The notes below the pieces were generated by a model, which searched no databases, was not told the DNA's origin, and worked only from the letters and a program-made list of their open reading frames with translations. From the NCBI GenBank assembly GCA_949297445.1, contig CASFSS010000018.1, positions 291,884-355,883 on the forward strand: a stretch of 64,000 nucleotides of DNA, in the 5' to 3' direction. This document shows positions 61,540 to 64,000 of the stretch, in pieces. Each line of letters opens with the position of its first letter. The first letter of the stretch is position 1. The stretch comes from an uncultured bacterium. Lineage in GTDB: Bacteria > Bacillota_I > Bacilli_A > RFN20 > CAG-826. The position numbers were made by a program, and so were the translations under genes.

Positions 61540-63471
61540 ATGAAAAAATACATTAGTTTTGCGCCTCTTTTGCTTATTGTTTCTGCTGTTTTATCATCGT
61601 GCGTCACCAACACCAGTGATTACAATGTTGTCGATACGATTTCAATTTCTAGCGAAGATATTATTGCTGGTTTAAACGATGACGAATCTAGTTTTTTGGT
61701 GGACAATAAATTGTTTAATATTAAAAATTATTCAATCGAAGAAGATGATTCGCTTTCTTTAAAAAATGGCGGCTATATTGCTTCGATAGGCGCTTTCCCG
61801 TCCATTATATCAATTGAAGTTGATTACGAAGCCAATAGCGAGTTAGGAAGAATATACTATAAGACATTTGGCGAGATGATAAATAATCCTCACCAAGGAA
61901 ATATAGTTTTGAATGATGAGCAAGAGATTTTAATTGATGAAAGTGCCAAGCAGAACTATTTTGCTATTTATGTGGCGTTAGGTGACTATACTTTACACTC
62001 CATCAGCATAAGTTATCATCCAAACCATTTAATCGAAGAAATTTTCTTATATCGCGACATCGATGTTTATGCATTTAATGATTTTCATGGTTATGTTGCC
62101 TATAACGCCGCTGAAGGTCAGCCAGGAATGGCCCGTCATGGTGACTACTTAAAAGAAGAAACTAGCAAAAATGTAGAAGGAACCATTATTTTATCTGGCG
62201 GCGATAATTACCAAGGTACAGCTGATAGCAACATTACAAGAGGTGCGTTAGTTAATGCTTATTATAATGATATAGGTTTAGATGCTTCGACTTTTGGCAA
62301 TCACGAATTTGATTGGGGCGTCGATACATTGCAAAGGATGATGCAAGGTGCGAATTTTCCTTATTTAGGTATAAATATTTTTGACAAGACAACCAATCAA
62401 AGAGTTAGTTATGCCCAAGCGAGTACTCTTCTTATTAAAAATAATATAAAAGTCGGTGTTATTGGGGCAATCGGTAATGTTTATTCTTCAATTTCTGAGA
62501 CAATTACCTCACAAGAAAACTTTACCTTTAAAACTTCATCGACACTTACCACATTGATTCGCAATGAAGCGACCGCTTTAATTAACGATGGTGCGCAAAT
62601 AATCATCTATGTTGTTCATGATGGTTCAGAAGGCACTCCAAGTAACGACACGTATTTTCGTGATTTTTATTCATCTTCTTTGAGCGATGTGGTGGATTTA
62701 GTCATTGAAGGACATACCCATTATTCTTATATTTACGAAGACACAAAAGGGACGGTTCATATGGAAACGGCCTCTTATGGTGAAGCAATCAATCACGTTA
62801 AATTTAGTTACGGAGAAGATGGTTATTATGTAAATAATGTCGAAACAAAAGATATGAGTGATTATACATCGGAAGATGAGTCACTTTTATCTATTTATGA
62901 ATATTTCGAGGATAATTTTATTGCCGAAATTCGTGATGAAGTTTTAACCACTTCTTTATCGAGCGATTTATGGTCGTATGCGCCTTTTGTTGAGGCGTAT
63001 GCTAAATTGCTAAAAACTTATGCGACTAGCTATTTGATGGAGGAACAAATTTCTGATGACTTATTTGTTGGTGCTGTGGCGCAAGAAAGCCTTCGTGCTG
63101 GCATTTATAAAGGAACTGTTTTGTATGGGAATTTATATGAAGCCATGCCGTTTGACAACACCATGGCTATTGTAAAAATCTCGGGCTATGATTTGCTAAA
63201 TAAATTTATTAATCGCAGCGGACGAGTAGCTTATATTTTTGATGATGTGGAACAAAAAATTATTACTGATAGTTCAACATATTACTATGTAATCGCCGAT
63301 AGTTATCAATACGATTATTCTTCCAATAATATGGATGTTATAAAAGTTTTATCAATATCTGAATTAACTTCTTTTGATTCTAATTTATCTAAGCTTCGTT
63401 CTGATGTTGGTAGTGACTTTGTCTATCCGCGCGATTTAGCGCGTGTCGCATTTTTGTCAAATATGATTTAA
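61540..63471 (+). CDS. Surface 5'-nucleotidase/metallophosphoesterase lipoprotein (UshA-like) with an extra N-terminal domain
   Basis: Lipobox LSSC. Metallophosphatase motifs (NDFHG, GGDNYQG, GNHEFD, GHTH). Confidence 0.7.
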   Translation: MKKYISFAPLLLIVSAVLSSCVTNTSDYNVVDTISISSEDIIAGLNDDESSFLVDNKLFNIKNYSIEEDDSLSLKNGGYIASIGAFPSIISIEVDYEANSELGRIYYKTFGEMINNPHQGNIVLNDEQEILIDESAKQNYFAIYVALGDYTLHSISISYHPNHLIEEIFLYRDIDVYAFNDFHGYVAYNAAEGQPGMARHGDYLKEETSKNVEGTIILSGGDNYQGTADSNITRGALVNAYYNDIGLDASTFGNHEFDWGVDTLQRMMQGANFPYLGINIFDKTTNQRVSYAQASTLLIKNNIKVGVIGAIGNVYSSISETITSQENFTFKTSSTLTTLIRNEATALINDGAQIIIYVVHDGSEGTPSNDTYFRDFYSSSLSDVVDLVIEGHTHYSYIYEDTKGTVHMETASYGEAINHVKFSYGEDGYYVNNVETKDMSDYTSEDESLLSIYEYFEDNFIAEIRDEVLTTSLSSDLWSYAPFVEAYAKLLKTYATSYLMEEQISDDLFVGAVAQESLRAGIYKGTVLYGNLYEAMPFDNTMAIVKISGYDLLNKFINRSGRVAYIFDDVEQKIITDSSTYYYVIADSYQYDYSSNNMDVIKVLSISELTSFDSNLSKLRSDVGSDFVYPRDLARVAFLSNMI

Positions 63472-63560
63472 ATTATGAAAGTGGTATAATATAAATAATG
63501 AAATAGTGAATTCATAAGTTAATTTATATAGAATAGAGACATAAAAATGAGGAAGAAATC

Positions 63561-64000
63561 ATGCGTTTTCATAGAAATATTTTAATGAGCTTCACTGCTT
63601 TGCTATTGAGCGGCACCATGGGTGCTGCTGCTCTAATTTACGCAAACAATCAAGATAATATTCACATCGATGCCGCATCGACTTCCGATTATTATGCTAG
63701 TGTTGATGATACTAGTGCATCGACACTTTTTTCTTCATTGCGGACAATTATAAATTCCGGTGCCTCAATTGGCAGTTATGATGCTTTGTGGACATCTTAT
63801 AAAACTACCGATGTTGGCGACGATGGAAAAATTGTCGATATTTATTCTAATACAACATCATTCACCCCTGGCAGCGATCAGTGTGGTACATATAGTTCTG
63901 AAGGTGATTGCTATAATCGTGAACATACTATTCCAAAAAGTTGGTGGGGTGGTGCTAAAACCAATCAAGGCGCCGATTTATTCATTGTTTATCCTAGTGA
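63561..64000 (+). CDS. Secreted endonuclease I family (EndA/Vvn-like) nuclease; 3' end outside the window
   Basis: Signal peptide. Endonuclease-I motif NREHTIPKSWWGG. SD GAGGAAG upstream. Confidence 0.7.
   Translation, partial: MRFHRNILMSFTALLLSGTMGAAALIYANNQDNIHIDAASTSDYYASVDDTSASTLFSSLRTIINSGASIGSYDALWTSYKTTDVGDDGKIVDIYSNTTSFTPGSDQCGTYSSEGDCYNREHTIPKSWWGGAKTNQGADLFIVYPS

Overview
Low-GC (about 35%) bacterial chromosomal segment with Firmicutes/Tenericutes-like gene order. Many lipobox lipoproteins (extracellular glycosidases, a 5'-nucleotidase) and a secreted nuclease suggest an Acholeplasma/Erysipelotrichia-like, possibly wall-less lineage; this is inference only. Six blocks: (1) 1-16.3 kb: a maltodextrin/starch utilisation locus on the + strand. 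It holds a partial solute-binding protein, MalF/MalG-like permeases, an extracellular GH13 lipoprotein, an 854-aa MsmK/MalK ATPase with a roughly 480-aa C-terminal extension, two uncharacterised lipoproteins flanking a pullulanase lipoprotein, an intracellular neopullulanase-like GH13 and a galactokinase-family kinase. (2) 16.3-32.5 kb: mixed housekeeping and accessory genes: sirtuin plus DJ-1, a rubredoxin missed by the ORF track, eno, add, pepC, an ATP-grasp enzyme, gpmA, an ALDH/Fe-ADH operon, an LRAT/PLAAT-like NlpC/P60 protein with a C-terminal zinc ribbon, a HAD hydrolase, malQ, a MazG-like protein, a GtrA-fusion membrane protein and prs. (3) 32.48-36.29 kb: a queuosine salvage locus. 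A candidate preQ1-I riboswitch precedes queT, followed by a flavin-reductase-like gene, tgt, queA and queH. (4) 36.3-37.6 kb: a PlsC acyltransferase with two tandem acyltransferase domains. (5) 37.8-52.5 kb: the complete S10-spc-alpha ribosomal operon from rpsJ to rplQ, including secY, adk, map, infA and rpmJ, without rpmD. Several ribosomal proteins carry lysine/alanine-rich extensions. (6) 52.7-64 kb: two lipoproteins, a PglF/CapD-like dehydratase plus a small PglC-like phosphoglycosyltransferase, a LemA gene followed by two DUF3137-like membrane proteins, preT/preA (NAD-dependent dihydropyrimidine dehydrogenase), a 5'-nucleotidase lipoprotein and a partial secreted endonuclease I. No CRISPR array, rRNA, tRNA or obvious mobile element was seen.
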